Shown here: in pieces, positions 38,638-51,708 of the stretch | Layout of the letters: each line of letters begins with the position of its first letter | Numbering within the stretch: position 1 is the stretch's first letter | NCBI RefSeq assembly: GCF_003918875.1 | Contig: NW_025767277.1 | Span: forward strand, 1-64,000 | Source: Haliotis rubra | Taxonomy: Eukaryota | Reading direction: 5' to 3' | Length of the DNA: 64,000 bases | Translations under genes and position numbers: made by a program | Notes under the pieces: model-generated | Told to the model about the DNA's origin: nothing | Database searches by the model: none | The model's input: only the letters and a program-made list of their open reading frames with translations

Positions 38638-39339
38638 GTAAAAATGCCGGTTTTGACAGAGTGCCGGTTTAGCTAGGTTCGCTTATGACGCCTGCGCACA
38701 CGGAAGTTCGCTGTCGCACTGTCACTTTAGCATTAACAAGATGTTTGAATAAGAAACAAGGCAGTGTCTGAATGCACATTCATGTTGTTTAAATCAAATA
38801 AAAATGTCTGAAATCTCTTATTAAATTTCAACTGATCATATACATGTATTTGTGACAAGACCCGTGGATTCACCATTGTCCTCAATCTCTGATCGTTTTA
38901 TTACCAAAGAGCAATTTTTAAATGTCACAACATAGGCTTGAGATCCACTTGAACCCTGCAGTGTCCAAGCCAGGCTGAGATTTTTGGGAGAAAACAGACT
39001 TGCCCACAGAGATAGAGATTCTCGTGTTACGGTGAAAACTGATTCATGTTGTTGCACCAGTTGGTAACAGAATCTATATAACAGGTTACAGGTTATCTTC
39101 GAAGGTGTAGTCTTCACTGAACCTGTTAAACGCCCAAGCCAAGACTTGTCCTTCTTCATAATAATAATAATCCTCAGTTGCAGATCTTTCCGAAACCCTG
39201 TGTATATTTTGTTTCATTCTATTTATGATGAAATATCTGACATACCTTTAGAAGAACGGAGGCCAATTAAACAAACAACTGAATCTTTTCCCCAAAATGA
39301 AATTAATTTATTAAATGATATTATTTCTATGAAACTTTC

Positions 39340-39604
39340 TGCGGAGACCCGGCGCTTAAAGTTTCCACGGATATAAATATAGATTTTATTATTAGTAGTA
39401 AATACCATTAGTATTCTATTTGGAAACTCCTTTGTAAACATGTGGCACACCCGGCGCTTATTAGAGACCCGGCGCTTATTAGAGACCCGGCGCTTATTAG
39501 AGACCCGGCTCTTATTGGAGACCCGGCGCTTATTAGAGACCCGGCGCTTATTTCTTGAACAGTTGCTTTACCCCCGGCACTTATTGGAGGCCGGCGCTAA
39601 CGGT
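39340..39604. repeat. 18-bp subterminal tandem repeats (gagacccggcgcttatta) of a DNA-transposon/MITE end
   Basis: About 6-7 copies ending at ...ctaacggta, resembling pogo/Tc1-like CCGT...ACGG termini. Confidence 0.55.
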
Positions 39605-39887
39605 AAGTTAGATGGGTGGGACTGTTATGCATAAACAATCTGGTAATTCACGTGCTCGCTCACAGCCTGACAAGCGTAGTGTCTTTTCCTCACTGTCGAC
39701 GGGGTATTGTGTAGGTACATTCTTTGTTCGTGTTGCACAATGTTGGACTTCATGTTACACTTCCTGGATCTTGGACTGTTAGGTACACAAATATTCCTGA
39801 CTGTCCTTGCACAGGGATTTATCTGAACCAGCTCCGAGCCCGATAAGTCGAACGGTGGTAAACATTCCCAGTTTGGTTAAAAAAATA

Positions 39888-41332
39888 TACACTCTTCAAA
39901 AAAAGGAACGCAAAATGAAATTCAAGAATGATACTTACAATTGTGTACACATATGTAAACTCAAACATTATTTTAGGGTTGTACATTGTTTCTGGAATGT
40001 TTTAGAAGATCATGCTTGACCAAACGCAACCAAAAATGATTTTGAACGGTTTTATCGATCAGGATTGTCATGATGTGCGTGGATGTCATGCAGCACGAAT
40101 ATCAGGCACAATGATTGTTTCTCACGTGCAAAGCATGAGTAAAGCATGTGATTATAAAAGACCCAAATGAATCTCACAATTTTATCCGCGATCTTTGCAA
40201 GTACTGTACACGAAAATGGGACGTCTCAACGCTGCCGATCGAAATAGGGCAATTGGACGATTGCAAGCCGGCGAATCAAGCAAAAAAATTCGACAAATGA
40301 CCGTCCAAGATCAGGAAGACCTAGAGTCACCACACCTGCCCAAGATCGGTACATCCGGGTAACCCACCTACGTGACCGCCATCGTACCGCCCGGGACACA
40401 GCACAAGAACAGTTTGGAGCCCGAAGAGTCTCCGATCAGACAATCAGGAGCCGTCTCCGAGAAGTAGGGATACTTGCCAAACGTCCTCCCCCTGACACGA
40501 CTACTTCGACGTCGACGAGTGAGATGGTGTAACACGGCGCTGCCATGGAACCTGGCAAACTGGAGGCGCATATGGTTGAATCCCGTTATCTCCTCAGGCG
40601 ACGTGATGGTAGAGACCGTGTCTACAGACAACGTCATGAACGTTTTGCTCCTAACTGCATTAGACAGGTGGACAGATTCGGTGAAGAAAGTGTTATGGTG
40701 TGGGGAGCGATCTCATACACCCGCTGATCGGAACTTGTGCTTGTCCAAGGCAATCTGACGGCCTATCGATACATCGACCAGATTCTCCGTCCGCACGTCC
40801 TTCACTTTGTTGACCGTCAACGGCAGCTCTTCCAACAGGACAACGCCAGGCCCCACACAGCACGTGCCACCGTGGACTACCTGGCCAATAACAACATCAA
40901 TACCCTCCCCTGGCCCTCCAGATCCCCGGATCTAACCCAATCGAACACCTTTGGGATCAGATCGATAGACGGGTACGTCGACGTCGTATTCCACCACAGA
41001 ATCTTCAACAGTTGTTCCACATGCTGCAGGAGGAATGGTGAAGGATTCCACAACAAAACATCCAACGACTGATTCGATCTGTACCCAGGAGGTGTCGGGC
41101 AGTGGTAGCAGCTGGAGGTGGTCATACGAGGTACTGACTTCAACACCACCTGGTGGACAGCAGTAATGACTGTGATGACTGTTATTCTCATGACATATGG
41201 ACAAGATAGCAATGCATTGCTCCACAAAATTTCATTCATGTATCTTTGTTTTCCGCTGATCTACACGTCCTTGAATAACACCAAATATTCATTGATATTT
41301 GGGTTTTGCGTCTCTTTTTTTTGAAGAATGTA
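39888..41332 (+). mobile_element. Tc1 transposon with both TIRs and a decayed transposase
   Basis: TIRs tacactcttcaaaaaaaggaacgcaaaa / ttttgcgtctcttttttttgaagaatgta. Reads MGRLNAADRNRAIGRLQAGE, RPRSGRPRVTT, FQQDNARPHTA, WPSRSPDL and GGHTRY*. The first catalytic Asp (FSD) is deleted. Confidence 0.92.
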
Positions 41333-41849
41333 TTTATAGATAACAAAATATCATTTCTCAGAAATAAGAGTTTTGTTTTTTTGCCGGGGCACAGTATCAA
41401 CTGCTTGACGTTGGTGTCGCCTTGTCGAAATGATTATCGAGTCGACTGGGTCTGTGACCAGAATGCCCTTCCACCAAGCAGCCTTGGCACCTCGGCAGTC
41501 GTACACCTATGTTAAAATGTGGGGGTGAAGATCGCCTTAGTACTGAGATCGCTAAACATTTGTACAACGACACCATGGTTTATTGTTCGTCCGTTGTTGC
41601 TAAAGTTCGATAACTGATACTTGGAGACAATCGGGATGTAATCTCAGTTCGACATTAAACATCATTGACGACAACATACTCAATCAGTTTCTAATTTACA
41701 TCATAACGCACAGTGCTGTTGGCTGATAACAATGACATTTCAACCGTCTTGTTTATCCTCTTATCTGTTTTTCCTTCCGTCTTCGTTAGTGAGGTTATCG
41801 TGATGAAGTGTCTGAGATAAGGACAGCCTGCTTTGTTATTTTGACTGTT

Positions 41850-41997
41850 NNNNNNNNNNNNNNNNNNNNNNNNNNNNNNNNNNNNNNNNNNNNNNNNNNN
41901 NNNNNNNNNNNNNNNNNNNNNNNNNNNNNNNNNNNNNNNNNNNNNNNNNNNNNNNNNNNNNNNNNNNNNNNNNNNNNNNNNNNNNNNNNNNNNNNNN
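41850..41997. other. Assembly gap
   Basis: Run of N. Confidence 1.
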
Positions 41998-42894
41998 AGA
42001 ATAACCCTGAATATAGCCACGCTTTGTGGTTAATGTATGCTTTAAAGCAGAAGTTAGGTTATTCGTCAGCTTCTTCCAAATACTAAACATTATATAGTTT
42101 TTGTCGACAACTCTCTTATTTATGACGTAATCATGTAGCAGCTGTCCTGCCGACGTAGATAAGGCCGGCGGACCAGGAAGCGGTCACCGACGTCACCCCG
42201 ACACTCTCTACCTGTCATTCTTTGTTGTGTTCCTACAGGTAGACAGACGGAGCTATGGGTGTTTTAGTCGGATGGTCGGATGCATATCAATTTTGCGGTA
42301 GACAGACGGAGCTATGGGTGTATGCATATCAACAGTGAGTTATTGCCCCTGCATGTGAACGACGTGTGTTACCATGGTAACGTGACGATATAACGTTAAC
42401 TATTATCCGACCTGCTAGGCGATATACGACGATATATGTGAATAATGTGTATCACGCTGATAACTACACCATGTGATGTGTGCGATAAGAGTTATTTTCA
42501 TATACCGATAAATAATCTATTATATGGTCACTGATAATATGGACCATTTTGCACATACAATACTGGCTGTCGGCACATGTCCATATTGACCACCGGGCCG
42601 AAAATGCATATCAGTCATATCAGCCCTAGGGCCGAAAATCTATATCAACCATATCACCCCTAGGGCCGAAAGTCTATATCGGACGTATTGCAGGGTTACT
42701 AAACTGGACACACGCAAACGAAACTTCAATAGACGGAGCCTAGTTTATTTTAGAGTTACGTCCCTTTATGTCGTATTATGTTTAAACAGTCAGGATATGA
42801 CAGTTTCCAATTCGCCAGTCACATCAGCCCGAGGATGCTGGCTTAGTTGTGATAGAAGTTGCCATTACTTCATATATATAATAACTCACGTAGA

Positions 42895-43420
42895 ACAACA
42901 TTTGACATTTGTGTATAGTTATATAACCAACCATGTCCGACAGTGACGCTGGAACATCAACTGGCTCTACACCTTATGAGTCGGAGGATGACATGATATG
43001 CTACATCACTGGATCCACACACTCACCATCCGAGCATCTAGATCTAGCAGGTAATTGGCGATATATATTAACACTAGTTATTCTTCTCAGCTTCCATTGA
43101 TTCAGATATTGATTATGTAGTTACTATTTCAAAACTAGAATGTCTTCCTCATTTGAAGTTCTTTTTAAAGAATTTCATAAGTATCACTTTTTTTCATGTC
43201 AAAGAAACCTGAAAATGCCCTGCACTAACAGTAAGAGAGGCAAGAGTTAGAATCTTATATTCGGTGTGAACTTGTAAAAAAGTTTGTTGACTGGTTCACG
43301 GTTCTCCTTCTCTATGAATCTCTTCCGTACTTGAGTACATCTGGAAACACACACCTGTAATACAAACAAATCCAACTGAAACAGTCACACCTTCATTTAA
43401 CGTCCGGTCGTCTTGACAAT
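42895..43420. pseudogene. Rearranged paralog of the Schlafen locus
   Basis: 42895-43210 is an inverted copy of 27605-27915. 43245-43420 is a direct copy of 28980-29165. Confidence 0.75.
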
Positions 43421-44699
43421 GGGTTTCAAAGGCAAGAAGTTTCTATATCTTGCTTTATATGGAAACTTTTAAACATTTTGTCACTTGGTTTCATTCGTGA
43501 TAACGAGGCACATTTAAGAGAGGAGTGGTCTCACGCCCCTTTAGCAATATTTCAACAGAGGAAGACACCAGGCTTCACACATTTTATCCATGTTGGGAAT
43601 GGAACCAGGGTCTTCGGCGTGACGAGAGAACTTTCACACAGAACAGATGTAACAGTACTTTACATACCATACTACTGAGTATTATGACATATCTCAAGTT
43701 TGTTTATTCACCGCTTGGATCTTGGTGAACATGATTCAGAAACTGACTACAACTATTTAGCCATGATCATCCTTATCCTGATACCCTGACCCAAAGTGAG
43801 CTATCTGGGAACCCACCACTTGGTTACTGTAAGTTCAGTCACGTTGCTTTCATTCCTTTTTTATCCGACTTTGACGAGCACCAAGAACCAAGAAGTGCCG
43901 ACATGTTTTCACTCATGTCTACTCAGTTTACTTGGCAACAGACATGATTAACCATGGAGAATATGCTAACAAATATAATTCACATTGTCCTTTAGGACAT
44001 TAACTGTAAAATACCATGTTAACCATTACCAACCTTCATCACCTCTGGTCACGTTCATCATTCCTCATTTTGTTTTGCACACCTGCTATAGAAATAGGTA
44101 AATTAATTGAATTACCTTTAATTAATAGGTGATTCAGATTTAAATGTTCTCAGTCGAATGATTGAATGAAGTTAATAAAAATAAAGATGAAACACGTACC
44201 TACAATGGCTAACAATATATACCTGTCAGGTTGTGTACTTACCTAAACCAGTTTGACAAACAGGCTTCTTCGTGGTAAGGTCCCCGATTTCCTACTAACG
44301 CATTCATGCAGCCCGCCACACACACACCTTATGTTACTTCTTTGTTGCGACCATGACACTGCTTTGAATACGCAGGCATGTACCAGGTCGTGGTGCACCT
44401 ATAGCAGTAGGCTGGCTTGAAACCTCCCGTGATATCGATTATATATCAATCTCCTTGCTGATTTATTGATCTATGTCAGTTCATGTAACGGAGCTATGTG
44501 CAGTTGTAAAATCCAATAAATCGATTTATTAATTCGAACCTATTTGAATTTTAACTAGACTGGTTTGTTGAATTAACATATGGCGTGTTCAAAGCGTTAC
44601 ACTTAAAATATAATATGTTTAATATATACTAAGCTAATTACAACTGGATGAGAAAACTATTGTAAGGTAAAATGCATCTTTTAAACAAGAAAAGTATAA

Positions 44700-45237
44700 T
44701 AAACGTATTATTAAAATCTCTTTTGGAATGTAGTCAAGAAGCCTATTTCTGCTGAGCAGACATCCCTCCTTGACATGCGCTCGCATATTGCTGAGAGAGC
44801 AACATGGAAGATGAGTGCCATGTTTTACTTAAATGTCCATTGTATATGAATGAAAGGTCTATTTAATTAACGAATGTAATGATGAATGTGATAGTTTTAA
44901 TGGTTTAAATGACAATCAAAAGTAAATATTATATTTATCCAGCCCTAATGTGTTGTTTATTGCTGCCAAGACCTGCCATTTTATTCTTTCTAAGCTTAAG
45001 TCATATGTGTATGCATAAGCGTATGTATATAATACCTAATTCAGTTTTATATTTTAAGTGCTTATATTTATTTATTATATAACATTCATCGTTTTATACA
45101 ATAATATTTTATCTTTATGTACATTTTACAGATCTTAGTCTCTCATAACTCCTTATAGGTGTGGCTCAGCTTTTGTTGCTTCTCTATTTAATATTGAGGT
45201 GAGACTGTAATGAACAACTTGTCTGTCTGTCTGTCTG
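44700..45237 (+). mobile_element. LINE 3' end fragment (L2/RTEX-like)
   Basis: NMEDECHVLLKCPLY zinc-knuckle-like motif, AT-rich UTR and (TGTC)n tail. Confidence 0.55.
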
Positions 45238-48200
45238 TTAAATAAAATAGTAAATTGTAATTAGATTACAATGTTAAGAAGATTTAATAGCATCCTAGGT
45301 CATAGCATTCCTCGGCATCTATGATAAGTTATAACAGCCATGGTGTTAACAATAAGACAACTAATCTCCAGCACACAGAGTCAACGATCCAACGATTTCT
45401 AGAATCTGTACTTTACTGGGAAAGTGTAATTATGTTGCATTTAACCACTTTAAAAGCATTAAAGCTCTAACATTAGCGGTTGCGGTGGGGGTAGCCTTTG
45501 TGGTTAAAGCGTTGGCTCGTCACGCCGAAGACCCGGGTTCGATTCAACACATGGGTACAGTGAGTGAAGCCCATTTCTGGCGTCCCCGCCGTGATATTGC
45601 TGGAATATTGCTAAAAGCGGCGTAAAACCAAACTCAGTCAGTCAGACACATGGGTACAATGTGTGAAGCCCGTTTCTGGTGCTCCGCGTCGTGATATTGC
45701 TGGAATATTGCTTAAAGCGGGGCAAAAGTATATGCGCTCACTCACTCACTCACTCACTCACTCACTCACAGTACCGTTCCTGTAAATATGTCCTTTTCAG
45801 TTGGGCTGAGAAGGTTACCATTCATACTGACCTCGGGATGTTGCACACTCCTGATTGAAGGTGGGCGGTGGGGGTAGCCTTGTGGTTAAAGCGTTCGCTC
45901 GTCACGCCGAAGACCCGGGTTCGATACCCCACACGGATACAATGTGTGAAGCCCCGTTGTGATATTGCTGGAATATTGCTAAAAGCTAAACTCACTCGCT
46001 CAGGCACCTGCGTGAAGACATCTTGTGTGCTAATACTGGTCTGGGTGCTGGTTGGGACATGGAAAACAGCATACTGCCGACTTCGGGTGATGTTACTCGC
46101 CGCTATAATATATATACCCCTCGTCCGATTCTATAATGCATTTGAAAGCCCTTGAAAATGCGCTTCTAACAACGTATACCAGCTACATGTGCAATGTTTT
46201 GCAAAGGTGCTACTACACATCTGAAAATGTCGCTTCTGTGTCCGATGCCTCCGACATCAGAGGATGTAGTGTACATGTCCGACAGTTTGAAAGGTGCTAC
46301 ACACATCTGAAGCTGCCGCCGCTTCTGGTGTCCGCGTCACTTCTACCATCAGCGGATGTTCACTTCGACTATATCTTCTATGTCCATGGTCCGATTTTCA
46401 AAATGTCTAATGCAGTCGAAAGCCCTCGAAAGTACGCTCCTAACGACGTACGGACATGTGCGACGTTCTGCTGAGACGTTACACGTCGGTTTATACCGCC
46501 GCTTTTTGTGTCGGCGGCCTTTCAAACGGGCCTTTGTTCAGGCTTTGCCTTATCACGTCTTTGTTTGCTTCTAACTCCGTTATACCTTTCTGCAACATAT
46601 CTGTATTGGTATCATTAGAAAGTTCTTTTGACGTCGGTGACGGTGGTGAACGCAGATTTGATCTATCCTGAACATTAAAATATATATTGCACAATTTGTT
46701 AGAAAAAAATCGTCATTTTTGCTATACTTCTGCCGAAAATCCTATATAACACTTGGTTTCTGAAATTTGCCTTTGTTCCTGGGGCACGACGATGCGTAGG
46801 GCACGGCGATTTCAAAATTGCGACGCTACCCTCCACGTCTGCCCACGGAGGTCGGAAAGATGGTAGTGCATAGAGATAATTCCAACCTCCACCATGATCA
46901 AGCATTTGGTTGACTTTGTGTTTAGCTTGTGTAACGGCACGCGACGTTGCTCATGCTATTCAACATTCGTTCTCCCGCAGATTCTCGATGTACAGACGGC
47001 CATGGTGTAGCAGAACTGAAACATATTGAGTCTTGACAGCTGGCTCAAGGGCGACTTTGCTGGAGGCAAGCTCAAATGTTGGTGTTGCATAGGGGCTGAA
47101 AGGGCGACCCTTAGAGGAGAGGCGATGGTGGTGAAACGATGGCTGGCGCAGGCAAACCAGTTCGAGTCTCGGCAGTGGCTCAGAGGCGATTTGGCAGTAA
47201 GCAAGTGCAAACGGTGGTGATTTTCTGCTGGAAGCAGGACGAAATGCTGGTGTTGCATAGGAGTGAAGGGGCGACCCCTAGAGGAGAGGCCATGGTGGCG
47301 AAAACGGTAGCTGACGAAACCAAACCAGCTCGAGTCTTGGCAATGGCTCAGAGGCGACTTGGCGGTAACTGTGCATGTTTTGCCGTGTCAAATCTTGCAA
47401 TTCCTTAAGGTGTGGCATATGGAAAGGAGAGGTCTATTGCCGTAGTGTCTACAGCTATGTATGTGAGGCACCCAATTGATGGGTAGACGCGAGGGCATGA
47501 CATGCCAGACGGACATTGACGTTTTTCTGACGTTTGTTATGCATGTTGATGTAAATTGTAGTATGTGTTGTTCATCACGTGTAGCAGCTCCACTGCCATT
47601 ATCAACAGTACCTGAAGAAATCACAGAGACCTGATCTACCACGACGACCTTCCTACGTAGACTCAACTGCGCCTTCACAGCAATCAGACTTTGAAACCAA
47701 AGTTGTATCCTTCCAGGATTTATGTTTCGTGCTATTTATTTGAGCTGACATGTTTGAATTACCTGTCCATGTAATTGTTTGGGTATTGAATTCGTGAACT
47801 ATGGTTATCCATGTGGGTATGTGACTGTGCTGCACAAATGCTTCGTACTTATGGTTTAAACATATTTATTCATTTACTCATGATGGATTGGCAAACAAGA
47901 AATAAAACATGCTTAGATCAATGCCGCCCCTAACAATGATACAATAGTATTAACAATAATGATAGTGACGTACACATGAGCTGGGTGCAAAACATAATGT
48001 GAATCTACAAGGAACAATATTGACGATATAATGTGTTACAGTTTGCAAACATACGTTGAAGGCAAATAAACTAGAAGCTGTTGTGATCTCAGTATAACAG
48101 CAAGGCACGGCATGTACAATACAACTAAGTTAGGTAATTTGCGAGAATCTCTGGGCAGATATGATGTACTTATGTACCGATTTTAGTAGTTCCAGGTTTA

Positions 48201-48524
48201 CCTGTTCTGATATGCCCCGAATGACCAAATAAGATTGATGACAAATTAAATCCTCTACTAAAGAAGTATGCATTTGATCTTATGTCGTTAAATATGGGAC
48301 AGATGAGAGGAAGAAATGAAGCGCATCTTCGGTGTGATGCCCGCAGTTACATTCAGGACTATCAGATATATATCTGGAAAACTTATCTCCATTTAGATCG
48401 CTACACCAAAGCCGAAGTCGGGAGTGGCTTATCTGGCCAGACCTTGAACCATGGGAAAGATTAAAGTAGATTTCACTGGTGTAGTGTTCTTTAGTTTGTT
48501 TTGAATTCCCCAAGAGTATTGGCG

Positions 48525-51500
48525 GGCTTATGGACACGAAGTCGACCTTTTGAAATTTTGCTATGGACACGAAGTCGACCTGCGGCTAAACTTTGATGTC
48601 GAAGGTGTTGTTAGAGTCACGCTAATCCGCCAGTGGGTGTTGCACAAAGGTATGCACATAGTTCACCCACGTAGTTCACACAAAATGTCACCAATGTCAT
48701 CAATGTTATCATATAAGAGTGATTTTACAATGATGGATATATAAGGAACGAACTTGAGGTAGTTTACATTCAGTTTCGAAATGGCAAATGCACAGTTGAA
48801 TCAGGGATTTCTTCCTACATTTCGTGGTGGCAGATACCTGTGTGTTGGTGGCTTTATGTACCGTGTGAATAAGAGGAGGAAGAGATTGGATATCTTGGAA
48901 GTGCACAGAAAGAACTGTAACTCCACTGCGTCAACCGTCAATGACATAGTGACGAAGGTGAAATGCGTCCATAGTCATCCCAATGTCGAAGTAGACATGA
49001 AGGTAAGTATTTTCTCAATGCCTAATATCAATATGTTACTGTCCAAGAGCGTTCGTTGTGGCTACTCTCGGATGGTAGTTCGGGATGATGGACAAGAGAT
49101 GGAGGTCAAAAGTCAGAGGTAGTATAGTTGAACACAGCAGCAGCCATGTTTATTATGGTTGGGTAATAATGGTCGAAATGGTACATAAGATGGAAATCAC
49201 GTGACAGGACGCACATCGGGACCGAGTGACCAATGTTCCCCGATGTGGAGAACCCGCTCTATCACTTACACACATTCAGAAGTCGGACGGAGATTCTTCA
49301 TCGTCGACGTAGTCGTTGGTGAGGCGATAGCCTTGGCCGACGCGCCCCGACTAGCCGCACGTCGCGTCTCCCCTGCTTGGTCTCGTGTGAGTCCGGTTTT
49401 ATGCATAGGGACATTACGCCACGTTGTGCAAGGTCACTGACCTGTGCACATGTACATACATAATCATTACAAATCATTCTCACCTACATGCCTTTCATCA
49501 TTGCAGAACTGAAAACGCACATTGAGGAACATCTTGTGATTAAAAACATCTTTACACAAGTACATCTGACATATAATGACTTACATGTGTATGTACCCAT
49601 TTTCTCACAAATATGTCACTTTTAAGATTATTAGATGGGGTTGACATATCAATATACCGGCTGAGAATCGAGGTATATCACTGTAAGTCCCTAAATAAAG
49701 AACATGGTAAAATAGACATATCTACTTATTATTTGGTGATGTTAGTCTGTACACTTGGGGTCAGGGTATCCAGATAGCTCTATTATTACTACTCTGTTGT
49801 GGAGATATTCACCCTAACCCGGGACCAGTTAACTCAGATTTAAGTATTGTACATACTAATGTTTGTAGTCTTACTGATAAAGTAGACTTAGTTTACGCAG
49901 AACTTCATGAATATGATGTTATATGTATATCAGAAACTTGGTTGCATGATGGTATTTCAAATTATGACATTCTTATGCCTGGGTTTCATCCGCCATTTCG
50001 TAATGATAGACAGACTAGGGAGGTGGTAAGCATAGGCCTGACTTACAACTTCCAGGACTAGAGGCAGTGTGAGCGTAGATCACGTGTAAAACAAGAGTTA
50101 TGTTGTCGGTACGTTTTATCGTGTAAATGCTAGTTCCCACTACTGGAATCTGATTGAAGAATCAATAGGCTTAGCGATAGATACTAATATTAAGACTATA
50201 GTACTTGGGGACTTCAATGCTAATTCGTTGAATAGAATAGATCCTAACATTGAACGTATTAAGACAATTTATGGCATGACGCAACTGATAAATGAGGCGA
50301 CACGTATTACTCAACAATCGAGAACACCTATTGACCTAATATTTGTATCGTGTCCCGATATTGTAAATTCCTCGGATGTTACTCCCCATTCTGCAGTGAC
50401 CATTGTTCAGTTAGCGTGTCGCTGAAAATCTATTAAACAGATGAAAGAAGCCTATTCAAGATTCATTTATAATTACGATAATATTGATATAATTTCCTTT
50501 CGGCAAAATGTGGCTGATGTTAATTGGGATTTTCTTACACAAAATGATGATGTTGATGCCATTGCTTCAAAAATTTGTTAATACATTAACAGACTTTATG
50601 TAAATCAAATATTCCAAATAAAACTGTTGTGATTCGTCCAAATTATGCTCCGTGGATGAACGGATTTTTAAGAAAACTTATGCGTAAGAAAATAGAATTC
50701 ATAGAAAGGCTAAACGTAGTAACTTGCCTAATGATTCGGAAAAATTTAGAAAAAAAGTCGAAATAAGCTTATCCTCAGAGATACGTAAAAGTAAGTCATT
50801 GTATGTTGAAAAGCTTGATAATGTTGTCAATACAGAACATGGTAGTAAGTTTGACCGTTTTCTTCCAAAATACGTCTACTTGCACTTGTGGCCATCATTA
50901 TGAAGATGCCATTCATTTCTATTTATCTGTCCAAATTTTAATACAATTCGATCGAAGTGTTTCTATTACATAAAATGGTTTTAATATTCAATCTGTACTA
51001 TGTCGAAGTTACTCATATTCTGACGAAATCAATGAAAATATTGTAAAATCTGTACATGACTATTTTACATTAACAAAACGATTTTTTACCTTATTGATTA
51101 ATTATACTACTGTCTTTTTCATTAAGTCTTTTACTCCCTCAAATGGTGTGTTCTCTTGTCTGTAATGATGAATGCTATAAAATGTTTCCCATCGCATTGT
51201 ATTCGAGAGGTACTTTTATAGGCTTATAGCCTGTTTACCAATCCGTTCATTTAATAATGAATAAATATTGTTTAAATCACATGTACAAACATAAGATCCG
51301 CCGACGTGGGGAGATGTTAATTGACATTTACTGATGGCATTGAGAATTAAGGGTCCTGCCCTGAGGGGGTTTATGATAAAAGGGCTACACCGAATGATTG
51401 CTGAATACATTAAACAGACAAAGGGGATAGAATTTCGGTGCAATTTGGATATATATGGAAACAATTGACATTACTCTATGACATTACAAAGAAAAATATA

Positions 51501-51708
51501 CATGTAAAATAAATATATCTGATCCGAACCATGTTTTGCTGTGTTTCTCAACCGCATAATCCGGATTATCACCTTGTGTAAACACTGGATTATCTCTGTC
51601 TTTTTAATCTCCTGTTGATTGGTATAATGTCAAATGGACAGGATGTCGACCTTTTTCTTACCTGAACCGTGACATGTCACCCAAAGGTCGACGTCCTGTG
51701 CAGACACC
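48525..51708 (+). mobile_element. MULE/Mutator-like DNA transposon derivative with FLYWCH zinc finger
   Basis: 9-bp TSD gtattggcg / gcattggcg. TIRs GGCTTATGGACACGAAGTCGACC vs rc GGTGTCTGCACAGGACGTCGACC. Exon 48781-49002 reads FLPTFRGGRYLCVGGFMYRVNK..WKC..NCNSTAST....VHSH, followed by a GTAAGT donor. Confidence 0.8.
49700..51278 (+). mobile_element. CR1-group LINE copy (APE endonuclease fused by deletion to the 3' end), same family as 19954-22536
   Basis: LLLLCCGDIHPNPGP, DVICISETWL and VLGDFNA. 50380-50848 and 50850-51278 are near-identical (rc) to parts of the 20-22.5 kb copy. Confidence 0.9.

Noticed and set aside
41691-42090. ORFs spanning X runs
   Set aside because: Artefacts of the assembly gap.
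42400-42880. Crypton-like non-autonomous element with tagggccgaa tandem units
   Set aside because: The short repeats are visible, but I could not define termini or a recombinase, so it is not called.
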